This document shows, piece after piece, positions 39,983 to 48,989 of a stretch of DNA of 64,000 nucleotides; the first letter of the stretch is position 1; each line of letters starts with the position of its first letter. Source of the stretch: an uncultured Acidobacteriota bacterium (GTDB taxonomy: Bacteria > Acidobacteriota > Thermoanaerobaculia > Gp7-AA8); assembly GCA_963758195.1 (NCBI GenBank), contig CAVWUH010000002.1, forward strand, positions 3,981,560-4,045,559, read 5' to 3'. Made by a program: the position numbers and the translations under genes. Below the pieces are notes generated by a model, which saw only the letters and a list, made by a program, of their open reading frames with translations, was not told the DNA's origin and did no database searches.

Positions 39983-40066
39983 GTGATCGGTTGTCGGTTG
40001 TCAGTTCTCCGGGACGTTGCGATCCGACGCGAGTCCCAGACAACCGACAACCGATCACCGACAACC
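39983..40066. repeat. heptamer-arm hairpin, family A
   Basis: GTGATCGGTTGTCGGTTGTCAGTTCTCCGGG ... CCCAGACAACCGACAACCGATCACCGACAACC. It ends 4 nt before ATG 40071. Confidence 0.85.
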
Positions 40067-40070
40067 AATC

Positions 40071-41039
40071 ATGAATCCCGATCTTCTCGACTTACTCTCC
40101 TGTCCCACCTGCCACGCGACGCTCACGCGCGACGACGACTCGCTACGCTGCAGCGCCTGCTCGTCCGCTTTTCCGATCGTGAATGGCATTCCGCGCTTCG
40201 TGCCGGCGGAGAACTACGCGTCGAGTTTTGGCTTTCAGTGGAATCGCTTTCCGCGCACACAGCTCGACAGCCATAGCGGCGTGTCGATCAGTCGCGATCG
40301 TTTCTTCGCGCAGAGCGGGTGGACGCCGGAAGAGCTGCGCGGAAAGCGCGTGCTCGATGCCGGCTGCGGCTCGGGACGTTTCGCGGAGATCGCGTTGTCC
40401 GCCGGCGCGCGCGTCGTGGCCATCGATTACTCGGCGGCCGTCGAGGCGGTGCAGGCGAACCTCGGCGCGAATCCGAATCTCGACGTGGTGCAGGCCGACA
40501 TGTTCCGTCTTCCGTTCCGCGCGGAGTCGTTCGACTACGTCTACTCCTTCGGCGTCCTGCAGCACACGCCCGATCCCGAGCGCGCATTTCGCGCGATCCT
40601 GCCGATGCTGAAGCCCGCGGGGAAGATCGCCGTCGATGTTTATCCGAGGAGCTGGATGAACGTGCTCTGGCCGAAATACTGGCTGCGCCCGCTCACGAAG
40701 CACATCCGCGGCGAGCGGCTCTTCGCGATCGTCGAGCGCCTCGTGCCGGTGCTCCTTCCGATCAGCCGCCTCGTCGGGCGAACGCCCGTGCTCGGCCGGA
40801 AGCTGCGATGGTTCGTGCCGGTCGCGAATTACGAAGGGATTCATCCGCTGAATGATCAACAGATCCGCGAGTGGGCCGTGCTCGACACCTTCGACATGTT
40901 CTCGCCGGCGCACGACCACCCGCAGTCGCGCGAGACGCTGCAGCGCTGGATCGCCGAGGCCGGGCTTCGCAACGGAGAAGTCGTGAAGACGGGGCATCTC
41001 GTCGCGCGTGGTGTGAAATCGATGGACGTGAACGCCTGA
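40071..41039 (+). CDS. class I SAM-dependent methyltransferase with N-terminal Trm112-like Zn ribbon
   Basis: Frame of ORF 40017..41039 from ATG 40071: LSCPTCHATL....LRCSACSSAFPIVNGIPRF, VLDAGCGSGRF, FGVLQHTPDP. Confidence 0.8.
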   Translation: MNPDLLDLLSCPTCHATLTRDDDSLRCSACSSAFPIVNGIPRFVPAENYASSFGFQWNRFPRTQLDSHSGVSISRDRFFAQSGWTPEELRGKRVLDAGCGSGRFAEIALSAGARVVAIDYSAAVEAVQANLGANPNLDVVQADMFRLPFRAESFDYVYSFGVLQHTPDPERAFRAILPMLKPAGKIAVDVYPRSWMNVLWPKYWLRPLTKHIRGERLFAIVERLVPVLLPISRLVGRTPVLGRKLRWFVPVANYEGIHPLNDQQIREWAVLDTFDMFSPAHDHPQSRETLQRWIAEAGLRNGEVVKTGHLVARGVKSMDVNA

Positions 41040-42172
41040 TGGACTACACACGCCAGCCGCTGCTCTTCAAGATCCGCAAGGCCGCGCGTTACGTGCGTCT
41101 CTACGGATTGCGCCGCACGCTCATCAAGATCAAGGGGCAGTATCACGCGAACCGTACGTTCGATCCGCTACCGGCGGAGCGTTCCGATCGCACAGGCCGT
41201 CATGTCGGCATTCTCGGTTGCGGCAACTTCGCCTACTCGCACATCGCCTACTACCTTCGCAAGAACTACGGCTCGGTGATTCGCGGAGTCATGGACCCGT
41301 CGATTCAGAAGGCGGCGTCGCTTTTCGACGAGTACGACGCCGACTACTACACGACCGACGCGCAACGGATCCTCGACGATCCGAAGATCGATCTCGTCTT
41401 CATTGCCTCGAACCACGCCTCGCACGCGGAGTACGCAATCGAAGCGCTGGCGCGCGGGAAAAGTGTGCACATCGAGAAGCCGCACGTCGTCACCTACGAT
41501 CAGCTCCGCAGGCTCTGCGACGCGATGGCGAGATCCAGCGCACGCGTCGCCCTCGGCTTCAATCGTCCCAACAGCCGCATCGGACAGGAGATCCGCGAGC
41601 AACTCTGGTCGCAGAGTGGCCCGTCGATGTTCAACTGGTTCATCGCCGGCCACGAGATTCCGCCGGATCACTGGTACTACCGCGCCGAGGAGGGGGGAAG
41701 GATTCTCGGAAACCTCTGTCATTGGACCGACTTCGTCATGCAACTCGTGCCGGCGGACGTGCGCTACCCGATCACGATCACGCCGACGCGCGCCGAAAAA
41801 TCTGATTGCGACATCGCCGTCACCTACATCTTCGGCGACGGCTCGATCGCGGCGATCACCTTCTCCGCCAAAGGCCACACCTTCGAAGGCGTGCGCGAAC
41901 GCTTCGCCGCCCATCGCGGCAACGTCCTCATCGCCATGGACGACTTCAAAGACCTCACCATCGAAGTCGTCGACCGGAAGCACAAGACCTCGCAGCGCCT
42001 TCGCGATCACGGTCACGAAAACGCGATCCGCACGAGCTACGCGCTGACGCGAGACAACCCCGGTGTCACACGCGACTACGTCTGGCAGACCGGCGATCTG
42101 TTCCTGCGCACGAAAGATGCGCTGGAGCAGAACAAGGTGCTGATCATCGAGAGCGGAGCGGCGCCCCTATAA
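41039..42172 (+). CDS. Gfo/Idh/MocA-family oxidoreductase
   Basis: Frame of ORF 40871..42172 from ATG 41039: VGILGCGNFAYSHIAY, DLVFIASNHASHAEYAIEALARGKSVHIEKP. Confidence 0.75.
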   Translation: MDYTRQPLLFKIRKAARYVRLYGLRRTLIKIKGQYHANRTFDPLPAERSDRTGRHVGILGCGNFAYSHIAYYLRKNYGSVIRGVMDPSIQKAASLFDEYDADYYTTDAQRILDDPKIDLVFIASNHASHAEYAIEALARGKSVHIEKPHVVTYDQLRRLCDAMARSSARVALGFNRPNSRIGQEIREQLWSQSGPSMFNWFIAGHEIPPDHWYYRAEEGGRILGNLCHWTDFVMQLVPADVRYPITITPTRAEKSDCDIAVTYIFGDGSIAAITFSAKGHTFEGVRERFAAHRGNVLIAMDDFKDLTIEVVDRKHKTSQRLRDHGHENAIRTSYALTRDNPGVTRDYVWQTGDLFLRTKDALEQNKVLIIESGAAPL

Positions 42173-42188
42173 TCGAAACGCACCCCTT

Positions 42189-42292
42189 GTCATCCCGAGC
42201 GTCGTGCGAGGGACCTGGGCGGGTGTGTGGCACGAGGCTCGAGTTGCGCGCCGCCCAACCACCCAGGTCCCTCGCTCGACGCTCGGGATGAC
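42189..42292. repeat. hairpin repeat family H (GTCATCCCGAGCG...GAGGGACC arms)
   Basis: GTCATCCCGAGCGTCGTGCGAGGGACCTGGG ... CCCAGGTCCCTCGCTCGACGCTCGGGATGAC. A single family-A arm GACAACTGACAACCGACAACC (42318-42338) follows just before ATG 42343. Confidence 0.8.
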
Positions 42293-42342
42293 ATGTTGAT
42301 TTCTCGAGACATCGCGCGACAACTGACAACCGACAACCATTC

Positions 42343-44472
42343 ATGAAACAGCTCATCCAGAACATCCGCACCGGCCAGAGCGTCGTCGAAGACGTTCCTG
42401 CTCCGGGCATCACGAGCGGGCGCGTGCTCATTCGCGTCGCCAGCTCGCTCGTTTCCGCGGGGACAGAGCGGATGATCGTCGAGTTCGCGGAGAAGAACCT
42501 CCTCGAGAAGGCGCGCTCGCGTCCCGATCTCGTGCGGCAGACGCTCGATAAAGTTGCGCGTGATGGCGTGCTGGCGACGCTGGAGACCGTGCAGAACCGG
42601 CTCGATCAGCCGATGACGCTCGGCTACTCCGTCGCCGGAGAAGTCATCGGCGTCGGCGCGGGCGTCGAGGGAATCGCGATCGGCGATCGCGTCGCCGCGG
42701 CGGGTGCGAATCAGGCCGTACACGCCGAAGTCGTATCGGTGCCGAAGAACCTCGTGGCGAAGATTCCGGAAGGCGTCGACTTCGACGCCGCGGCGTTCAC
42801 CACCGTTGGCGCCATCGCTCTGCAGGGCGTGCGTCTCGCCGAGCCCCGCCTAGGCGAAGTCGCCGGTGTCATCGGGCTCGGACTCCTGGGACAGATCACC
42901 GTGCAGCTCCTGCGCGCGAACGGCTGCCGCGTCGTCGGACTCGATCCTCAGGCCGCACGCGCGGAGATGGCCAAGCGCTTCGGCGCCGAAGAGAGCGTGA
43001 CCAGCGAAGCCGATTTCCGCGGGGCGTGTGCGCGCGCGACGAATGGACGTGGCGTCGACGCCGTGCTCATCACCGCCGACACGAGCTCCGACGGGCCGGT
43101 GATTCTCGCCGGCGACGTCGCGCGCGACAAAGGCGTCGTCGTCAGCGTCGGCGCGGTCGGCATGAACATCCCGCGCAAAACGTACTTTGAGAAAGAGCTC
43201 GACTTCCGCATCTCGCGCTCGTACGGGCCCGGCCGCTACGACGACGTATACGAGCAGCAAGGAAACGACTATCCGTACGGCTTCGTGCGCTGGACGGAGA
43301 ACCGCAACATGCAGGCGTTTCTCTGGCTCGCCGGCGAAAAGAAACTCGACCTCGGCGCGCTCATCACGCATCGCATCGACATCGCCGAAGGAACGCGCGC
43401 GTACGACCTCATCACCGGCAAGAGCGGTGAGCCCTTCATGGGCGTGCTCCTGCAGTATCCGCGCGACGAACAACCGTCATCGCGCACGATCGCGTCCACC
43501 GCCCACCGCCCACCGCCAACCGCCAACTCCCTGCGCATCGGCTTGATCGGCGCCGGCAAGTTCGCGAGCGCGGTGCTGCTTCCGGCGATGAAGGCCGCGG
43601 ACGCGGAGCTCGTCGGTGTCGCCGCGGCGAGCGGCACCTCGGCGCGACACGCGCTGAATCGCTACGGCTTCCACTACTGCACCACCGACGACGAACAGAT
43701 CCTCGCCGATCCCAACGTCAACGCCGTCGTCATCGCCACGCGACACGATCTGCACGCGACGCAGACGATGCGCGCGCTGTGCGCGGGGAAACACGTCTTC
43801 GTCGAGAAACCGCTCTGCCTCACCGAGGAGGAGCTCGTTGAAATTCGCGCCGTATACGCGGAACATCCGTCGATCGTGATGGTCGACTTCAATCGTCGTT
43901 TCGCACCGATGTCGATCGCGCTCCGCGACTTCATGCGCGGCGCGGGCGAGCCGCTGATGATTCACTATCGCGTCAACGGCGGCTTCGTTCCGGCCACGGA
44001 ATGGGTGCAGCGCGAGCAGGGAGGCGGGCGGCTGGTGGGGGAGGGCGTGCACTTCATCGACTGGGCGGTCTGGCTCACCGGCGACGTGCCCGAGCGCGTG
44101 CAATGCGTCGCTGCCGACAACGCCGGCCGCTACTCGAACGACAATTTCTCGGTCGTGATTCGCTTTCGCGGCGGGAGCGTGTTCCAACTCCTCTACGTGG
44201 CGTCCGGCGATCGCGCGCTCGGAAAAGAGCGCGTCGAAGTCCACGGCGGCGGACGCAGCGCGGTACTCGAAGACTTTCGCAAGCTCGAGCTCTTCGCGAA
44301 TGGCCGCAAGTCGGTGACGCGATCCATCCTTCGCTCCGACAAGGGACACCGCGCCGGATTCGCGGCCTTCGCCGACGCGATTCGCAAAGGCGGCGCATCG
44401 CCGATTCCGTTCGAAGAGATCGTCACGACTATGCGCGCCGCTTTCGACGCGCGGCGGAGTCTGAGCGCGTGA
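42343..44472 (+). CDS. bi-domain oxidoreductase (N-terminal MDR/zinc-alcohol-dehydrogenase-like, C-terminal Gfo/Idh/MocA-like)
   Basis: ORF 709 aa. N half: GYSVAGEVIGVG, GVIGLGLLGQITVQLL. C half: LRIGLIGAGKFA, VVIATRHDLHA, HVFVEKP. The linker carries a heptamer tract (43496-43530). Confidence 0.8.
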   Translation: MKQLIQNIRTGQSVVEDVPAPGITSGRVLIRVASSLVSAGTERMIVEFAEKNLLEKARSRPDLVRQTLDKVARDGVLATLETVQNRLDQPMTLGYSVAGEVIGVGAGVEGIAIGDRVAAAGANQAVHAEVVSVPKNLVAKIPEGVDFDAAAFTTVGAIALQGVRLAEPRLGEVAGVIGLGLLGQITVQLLRANGCRVVGLDPQAARAEMAKRFGAEESVTSEADFRGACARATNGRGVDAVLITADTSSDGPVILAGDVARDKGVVVSVGAVGMNIPRKTYFEKELDFRISRSYGPGRYDDVYEQQGNDYPYGFVRWTENRNMQAFLWLAGEKKLDLGALITHRIDIAEGTRAYDLITGKSGEPFMGVLLQYPRDEQPSSRTIASTAHRPPPTANSLRIGLIGAGKFASAVLLPAMKAADAELVGVAAASGTSARHALNRYGFHYCTTDDEQILADPNVNAVVIATRHDLHATQTMRALCAGKHVFVEKPLCLTEEELVEIRAVYAEHPSIVMVDFNRRFAPMSIALRDFMRGAGEPLMIHYRVNGGFVPATEWVQREQGGGRLVGEGVHFIDWAVWLTGDVPERVQCVAADNAGRYSNDNFSVVIRFRGGSVFQLLYVASGDRALGKERVEVHGGGRSAVLEDFRKLELFANGRKSVTRSILRSDKGHRAGFAAFADAIRKGGASPIPFEEIVTTMRAAFDARRSLSA

Positions 44473-45527
44473 AGCACGTCGCGCACGTCGTCGGAGCGCG
44501 GCCGAACTTCATGAAAGCGGCCCCCGTGTACGCGGCACTGGCCGCGCGCGGCGTCCGGCAGACGCTCATCCACACCGGCCAGCATTACAGCGAGAAGATG
44601 TCCGACATCTTCTTCGACGAGCTGCAACTGCCGCGCCCCGATGTGAACCTCAACGTCGGCTCCGGCACGCACGCCGTGCAAACCGGCGAGGTCATGATCC
44701 GCATCGAGCCCGTGCTCGAATCGCTTCGGCCCGACTGGCTGCTCGTCTATGGCGACGTGAACTCCACCGTTGCCGCCGCTCTCGTCTGCGCGAAGCTGCG
44801 CGTTCCTTTCGCGCATGTCGAAGCGGGATTGCGTTCGCGCGATCGTGCGATGCCGGAAGAGATCAACCGCATCGTGACGGACCAGCTCGCGGATCTGCTC
44901 TTCACGCCATCGAGTGATGGCGACGAGAACCTCGCGGCCGAGGGTGTTCCGCGCGAGCGTGTGCACCTCGTTGGGAACGTCATGATCGACACGCTCGTGC
45001 GGCTTCTGCCGTTGGCGCGCGAGCGTTGGGCGCAATGGAATCTCGATCGCTTCGTGCTGGTCACGCTGCACCGGCCGTCGAATGTCGATGACGTCGACAA
45101 GCTCGTGAAGCTGCTCGACGTGCTCGCCGGAATCAGCCGCGAGCTCACCGTCGTCTTTCCGATTCACCCGCGCACGCAGGAGTCGATCCGCCGCGCCGGG
45201 TTCACGTTTCCGGAGACGATGCGCGTCGTCGAGCCCCTCGGCTATCTCGATTTCATCGCCCTCGAGGAGCGCGCCGCGTTCGTCATCACCGACTCCGGGG
45301 GCGTGCAGGAGGAGACGACGTTCCTCGGCGTTCCCTGTCTCACGCTGCGCGCGAATACGGAGCGGCCGGTGACGGTGACGATGGGCACGAACACGCTCGT
45401 CGGCGAGGATCTGGAAATGCTGCGCGCAAAACTGCGCGAGACGCCGAAGCGCGGATCGATCCCGCCGCTCTGGGATGGCCGCGCCGCCGAGCGGATCGCC
45501 GACGAATTGCTCGGTTCCGTCCGATGA
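44469..45527 (+). CDS. wecB: UDP-N-acetylglucosamine 2-epimerase (non-hydrolysing)
   Basis: Frame of ORF 44001..45527 from GTG 44469 (GTGA overlap): GARPNFMK.AP, HTGQHY, GDVNST.AAAL.A, HVEAGLRS.D..MPEEINR, SGG.QEE. Confidence 0.92.
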   Translation: MKHVAHVVGARPNFMKAAPVYAALAARGVRQTLIHTGQHYSEKMSDIFFDELQLPRPDVNLNVGSGTHAVQTGEVMIRIEPVLESLRPDWLLVYGDVNSTVAAALVCAKLRVPFAHVEAGLRSRDRAMPEEINRIVTDQLADLLFTPSSDGDENLAAEGVPRERVHLVGNVMIDTLVRLLPLARERWAQWNLDRFVLVTLHRPSNVDDVDKLVKLLDVLAGISRELTVVFPIHPRTQESIRRAGFTFPETMRVVEPLGYLDFIALEERAAFVITDSGGVQEETTFLGVPCLTLRANTERPVTVTMGTNTLVGEDLEMLRAKLRETPKRGSIPPLWDGRAAERIADELLGSVR

Positions 45528-47149
45528 GTCTCTTCTTCGAGACCGTCCGCCACCTCTCGCTCCGCCAGATCGTCACGCGCGCCATGCGCATGACCGAGCG
45601 CGCCTGGTGGCGGCTGACCGCGCCGCCTCCGCTGCCGTGGCGGCCTCCCGTTCCCGCGGACAACCGCTATCTCACCGCGCCAGAGGGCTCGCGTCTGCGC
45701 GGCTTTCAGGAACAGTCGTTCGAATGGGCGTGCGATCTTGACGCGGACACGTTCCGCCAGGCCGCCCATTCCTGGATCGAAGCGCATCGCCATCGCCGCG
45801 GCGACGCCTGGCATCCGTATCCAACTTCGCTCCGCATCGCGAGCTGGTGTGATGCGTTGATCGCCTACGGCGACGACGCCGGGATCCGCGCGAGCCTCGC
45901 CGCGCAAGCGCGATTTCTCGCGCGGCATCTCGAGCACGACGTCCGCGGCAATCATCTCCTCGAAAACGCGCGAGCCCTCGTGCGCGCCGGCGCGTTTCTC
46001 GGCGATGCGTCGCTGACGAATCGCGGCGTTGCCGTGCTGCGCGACGAAGTCCCGGAACAGATCCTCGCCGACGGCGGCCACTTCGAGCGCACGCCCGGCT
46101 ATCACGTGCGCGTGCTGGAAGTTCTCGAAGACGCGTCGCGATTCGTCGACGAACCGTGGCTGCGCGACGCGATCGCGCGCATGCGGGTGTTTCTCAACGC
46201 GATCACGGGGCCGGGCGGGCGCCTGCCGTTAATCAAAGACACGGTCATCATTGCCCCTCTCCCCGCGTCAGCGGGGAGAGGGGGGAGCGAAGCGACGGGT
46301 GAGGGGACGCGCCTCGAGCAAGGGACGACCCCTCACTCTAACCTTCTCCCCACCGCGATGAGGCTGCGGCGGGGAGAGGGGACTCGTTCGTGGCTCGCCG
46401 ATTCTGGTTTCGCGATCATGCGCAGCGGCGACGACTTTCTCATCGCTGACTTCGGGCGCGTCTGTCCTGACTACCTGCCGGCGCACGCGCATGCGGACAT
46501 GTTCTCGTTCGAGCTGACCATCGGCGGGGCGCCGGTCATCGTCGATTCAGGTGTCTTCGAATACGCGGAAGGGGAGTGGCGCACGTGGTTCCGCTCGACC
46601 GCCGCGCACAACACCGTCGAGATCGATGGCCGCGATCAGTCGGAGATGTGGGGGAGTTTCCGCGTCGGCCGGCGTGCGCGGCCGACGCAGGTCCTTTGGA
46701 CCGACGACGCGGCCTTCACCGCCATCTCCGGTGAACATGATGGCTACGCGCCGGTGATCCACCATCGCACGATCGTCGCGTTGCGCGACGCGCGCATCTG
46801 GATCGTCGTCGATCGCATCTTTGGTCCGGCGGAGCGCGTCGCGCGCAGCTTCATCCATTTGCATCCCGACGCCATCGCTCCGCACATCGCGCCGTTGGGA
46901 GCCGCGATCGCGGAAGGCGAGGGGTGGTATTCAGAACGCTTCGGCGAGAAGCGGCGGAATCGCGTGCTCGTTCTCGAGCGGACGACGCCGGGATCGTTCG
47001 GCTACGTCGTGAGCGTGGACGAATTGTCGAGCGCCACGTTGCGCGAAGACGCCTCGGGTTGCGTCATCGACATCGCTTCATTGCGGTGGCGGGGCGCGAT
47101 TCGGATCGGGTCTCCGGGCGCGCCGCCATCGCTCGAGCGAATGCTCTGA
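45524..47149 (+). CDS. heparinase II/III-family protein carrying an in-frame repeat insertion
   Basis: ORF 541 aa: W.PYP.S.RI..W, RGNH.LEN..AL, ADGGHFERTPGYH, HAHAD..SFEL, AHNTV..DG. Residues ~244-287 (PLPASAGRGG...RLRRGEGT) are read from palindromic repeats. Confidence 0.75.
   Translation: MSLFFETVRHLSLRQIVTRAMRMTERAWWRLTAPPPLPWRPPVPADNRYLTAPEGSRLRGFQEQSFEWACDLDADTFRQAAHSWIEAHRHRRGDAWHPYPTSLRIASWCDALIAYGDDAGIRASLAAQARFLARHLEHDVRGNHLLENARALVRAGAFLGDASLTNRGVAVLRDEVPEQILADGGHFERTPGYHVRVLEVLEDASRFVDEPWLRDAIARMRVFLNAITGPGGRLPLIKDTVIIAPLPASAGRGGSEATGEGTRLEQGTTPHSNLLPTAMRLRRGEGTRSWLADSGFAIMRSGDDFLIADFGRVCPDYLPAHAHADMFSFELTIGGAPVIVDSGVFEYAEGEWRTWFRSTAAHNTVEIDGRDQSEMWGSFRVGRRARPTQVLWTDDAAFTAISGEHDGYAPVIHHRTIVALRDARIWIVVDRIFGPAERVARSFIHLHPDAIAPHIAPLGAAIAEGEGWYSERFGEKRRNRVLVLERTTPGSFGYVVSVDELSSATLREDASGCVIDIASLRWRGAIRIGSPGAPPSLERML
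46254..46383. repeat. composite palindromic repeat (family I: CCCCTCTCCCCGC/GCGGGGAGAGGGG, GTGAGGGGAC/CCCCTCAC) inside the heparinase-family CDS
   Basis: Three hairpin units can be read directly. The flanking protein sequence stays in frame. Confidence 0.75.
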
Positions 47150-47650
47150 GCCGAGTCGCTTGTGGCGTGTGATCACCGCCACGGCGACTTCCGTTCGCAG
47201 AGGCTCGGAGACCGCCTCGACGACGGTCATGTTGAAGAGCGCGCCGTGGTAGAGATTCTTGCGCGCCTCCTCCGTCCGTCCCTGCTCGAGCTGCATCACT
47301 CCCAGATACGCAAACGCTTCCGGTCGTTCGTTGAGAGCGATCGACCGGAGAAAGCTTTGCTCCGCCCCTTCCATGTCGCCGACGAACAGGAGATTCGAGG
47401 CCAGGAGGAGGTGGAACTCGTTGTCGTTCGGAAAGCGCTCCAGACAGCGGCGGCACATCTCCACGAGCTCGCGCGCTTTCGTGGTTCGTTCGTAGTCGGC
47501 GGGGCCGCGGGAGAGGCGAATGGTCCAGGCGTTGACGATCGCCTTGTCACGATTGCAGCCGTAGCGTGGGATCACGAGCCGCCAGGCGGCGGTGAGAGAG
47601 GCCACGACGACCAGCAGCGCGAGGAATGTTCTAAGCCACTTCATCGACAT
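47078..47650 (-). CDS. membrane-anchored TPR-like protein
   Basis: ORF 190 aa. N-terminal TM (WLRTFLALLVVVASLTAAW), then TPR-like helices (AEQSFLRSIALNERPEAFAYLGVMQLEQGRTEEARKNL). The 3' end overlaps the convergent gene by ~70 nt, so the true stop and extent are uncertain. Confidence 0.5.
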   Translation of the reverse strand: MSMKWLRTFLALLVVVASLTAAWRLVIPRYGCNRDKAIVNAWTIRLSRGPADYERTTKARELVEMCRRCLERFPNDNEFHLLLASNLLFVGDMEGAEQSFLRSIALNERPEAFAYLGVMQLEQGRTEEARKNLYHGALFNMTVVEAVSEPLRTEVAVAVITRHKRLGSEHSLERWRRARRPDPNRAPPPQ

Positions 47651-48929
47651 CCGTCCATGCGAAGCAGAGCGCGGCGAGGAACACCGCCGGCATCATCGTC
47701 GACGTCAGTTGCATCGGGAAATGGGCGAGAGCGAGCACGGCAAACGCCGCCGCCGCCGGGAACGCGAACGACCGCACGAAGCGGGCTCGCTCGCTCATCT
47801 CGCCTCGCCGCAGGAACGAGAGCCTCCCCAGCAAGACCAGCGACGCGAGAAAGAGCAGATAGCCCGGCAGTCCGGTCTCGGCCAGCAGTTGCAAGTGATC
47901 GTTGTGGACTTCGCCGAAATTCTGATTGCCGATGCGGATCCACTCCGGATGATCCTCGTCGATCCTCAGCTTGTAAGCCATGTAGCGCGCCGCGAAGACG
48001 CCCGGGCCGACGCCGAGGAGCGGACGCTCGCGAAACATGCGTGCGGCGACGGCGAACGCCGGAAGTCGATACGACGTCATCTCCAGCAGCTCGCCTGATT
48101 GCGCGTTCTGCACGAGCGTCGTCATGCGCGCGCGCGCGCCGGGGTGGAGCGAGACCGCCGTCACGAGAAGCACCAGCGTGATGATGCCCGCGTAGCGAAT
48201 CGCGCGCGCGCCCGGCAGCAGCGTCATCGCCGCGACGCCGGCGGCGGTGGCGATGACGGACGTCACCGATTGCGCCGCGACGACGCCGCCGGCGAGGATC
48301 AGCGCCGTCGCGCCGAATCCCCAGCGGAGCCGCGGCCAGGCGATCGCCGCGGCGATCGCCGCCATGAGCGGCAGCACGAAGTAGCCGCCGAGCTCATTCG
48401 GATTTCCGATCAGGCCGGAGACCCACATCCTCCGGCTCACCACGTCTCGCGTGACGACGAGAATCGCCGAAGGCGTGGACTGGAGAAACGCCACGACGGC
48501 GTTCAATGCCGCCGGTGCGATCGCCAGCCCGAGCGCGGTCAGGCCGCGCCGCCTCGTCGTCCAAAGCGCCGCGGTGAAGAACACCGCGAGGCAGAAGACG
48601 AAGAGAGGTTTGAAGAAGCTCACCTCGCGCTGCAGCGAGGTCGTGACCACGATCGCCGTCCAGAGCACGGCCGCCGCGGCGATCAGCAATACCGGTCGAT
48701 GCGCGCGAAACGAGACGACTGCGCGGCTGTTGATCAGCATACCGGCGACGCCCGTCGCGAAGAGGATCAGCGCCAGTGTTTCGAATACAACGTCCTTCGG
48801 CGTGCGATAGACGTCCACCGCGGGGCGCATGATGACGAACGGAATGGCCAGCATCATCACTGCGACGAGCGTCCAGACGATCGTCTCCAGGTTCGTGGCT
48901 TCTTCGTCGGAAGGGGTCGATTGATGCAC
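47631..48929 (-). CDS. O-antigen ligase / Wzy_C-family polytopic membrane protein
   Basis: ORF 432 aa, ~10-12 TM segments. Periplasmic loop with NQNFGEVHNDHLQLLAETGLPG typical of O-antigen-ligase-like proteins. Confidence 0.7.
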   Translation of the reverse strand: MHQSTPSDEEATNLETIVWTLVAVMMLAIPFVIMRPAVDVYRTPKDVVFETLALILFATGVAGMLINSRAVVSFRAHRPVLLIAAAAVLWTAIVVTTSLQREVSFFKPLFVFCLAVFFTAALWTTRRRGLTALGLAIAPAALNAVVAFLQSTPSAILVVTRDVVSRRMWVSGLIGNPNELGGYFVLPLMAAIAAAIAWPRLRWGFGATALILAGGVVAAQSVTSVIATAAGVAAMTLLPGARAIRYAGIITLVLLVTAVSLHPGARARMTTLVQNAQSGELLEMTSYRLPAFAVAARMFRERPLLGVGPGVFAARYMAYKLRIDEDHPEWIRIGNQNFGEVHNDHLQLLAETGLPGYLLFLASLVLLGRLSFLRRGEMSERARFVRSFAFPAAAAFAVLALAHFPMQLTSTMMPAVFLAALCFAWTDVDEVA

Positions 48930-48989
48930 GAGGAAGGGCGCGATTATAGCGCGCCGGGTTGGCGCGAAGTTTGTTAGAGTCGGAGCCGC

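Noticed and set aside
48937-48955. Inverted repeat GGCGCG-ATTATAG-CGCGCC in the divergent spacer between the O-antigen-ligase-like and WbuB-like genes as an operator/promoter
   Set aside because: It has only 6-bp GC arms, which arise easily by chance in this composition. It has no second copy in the window, so it is too weak to call.
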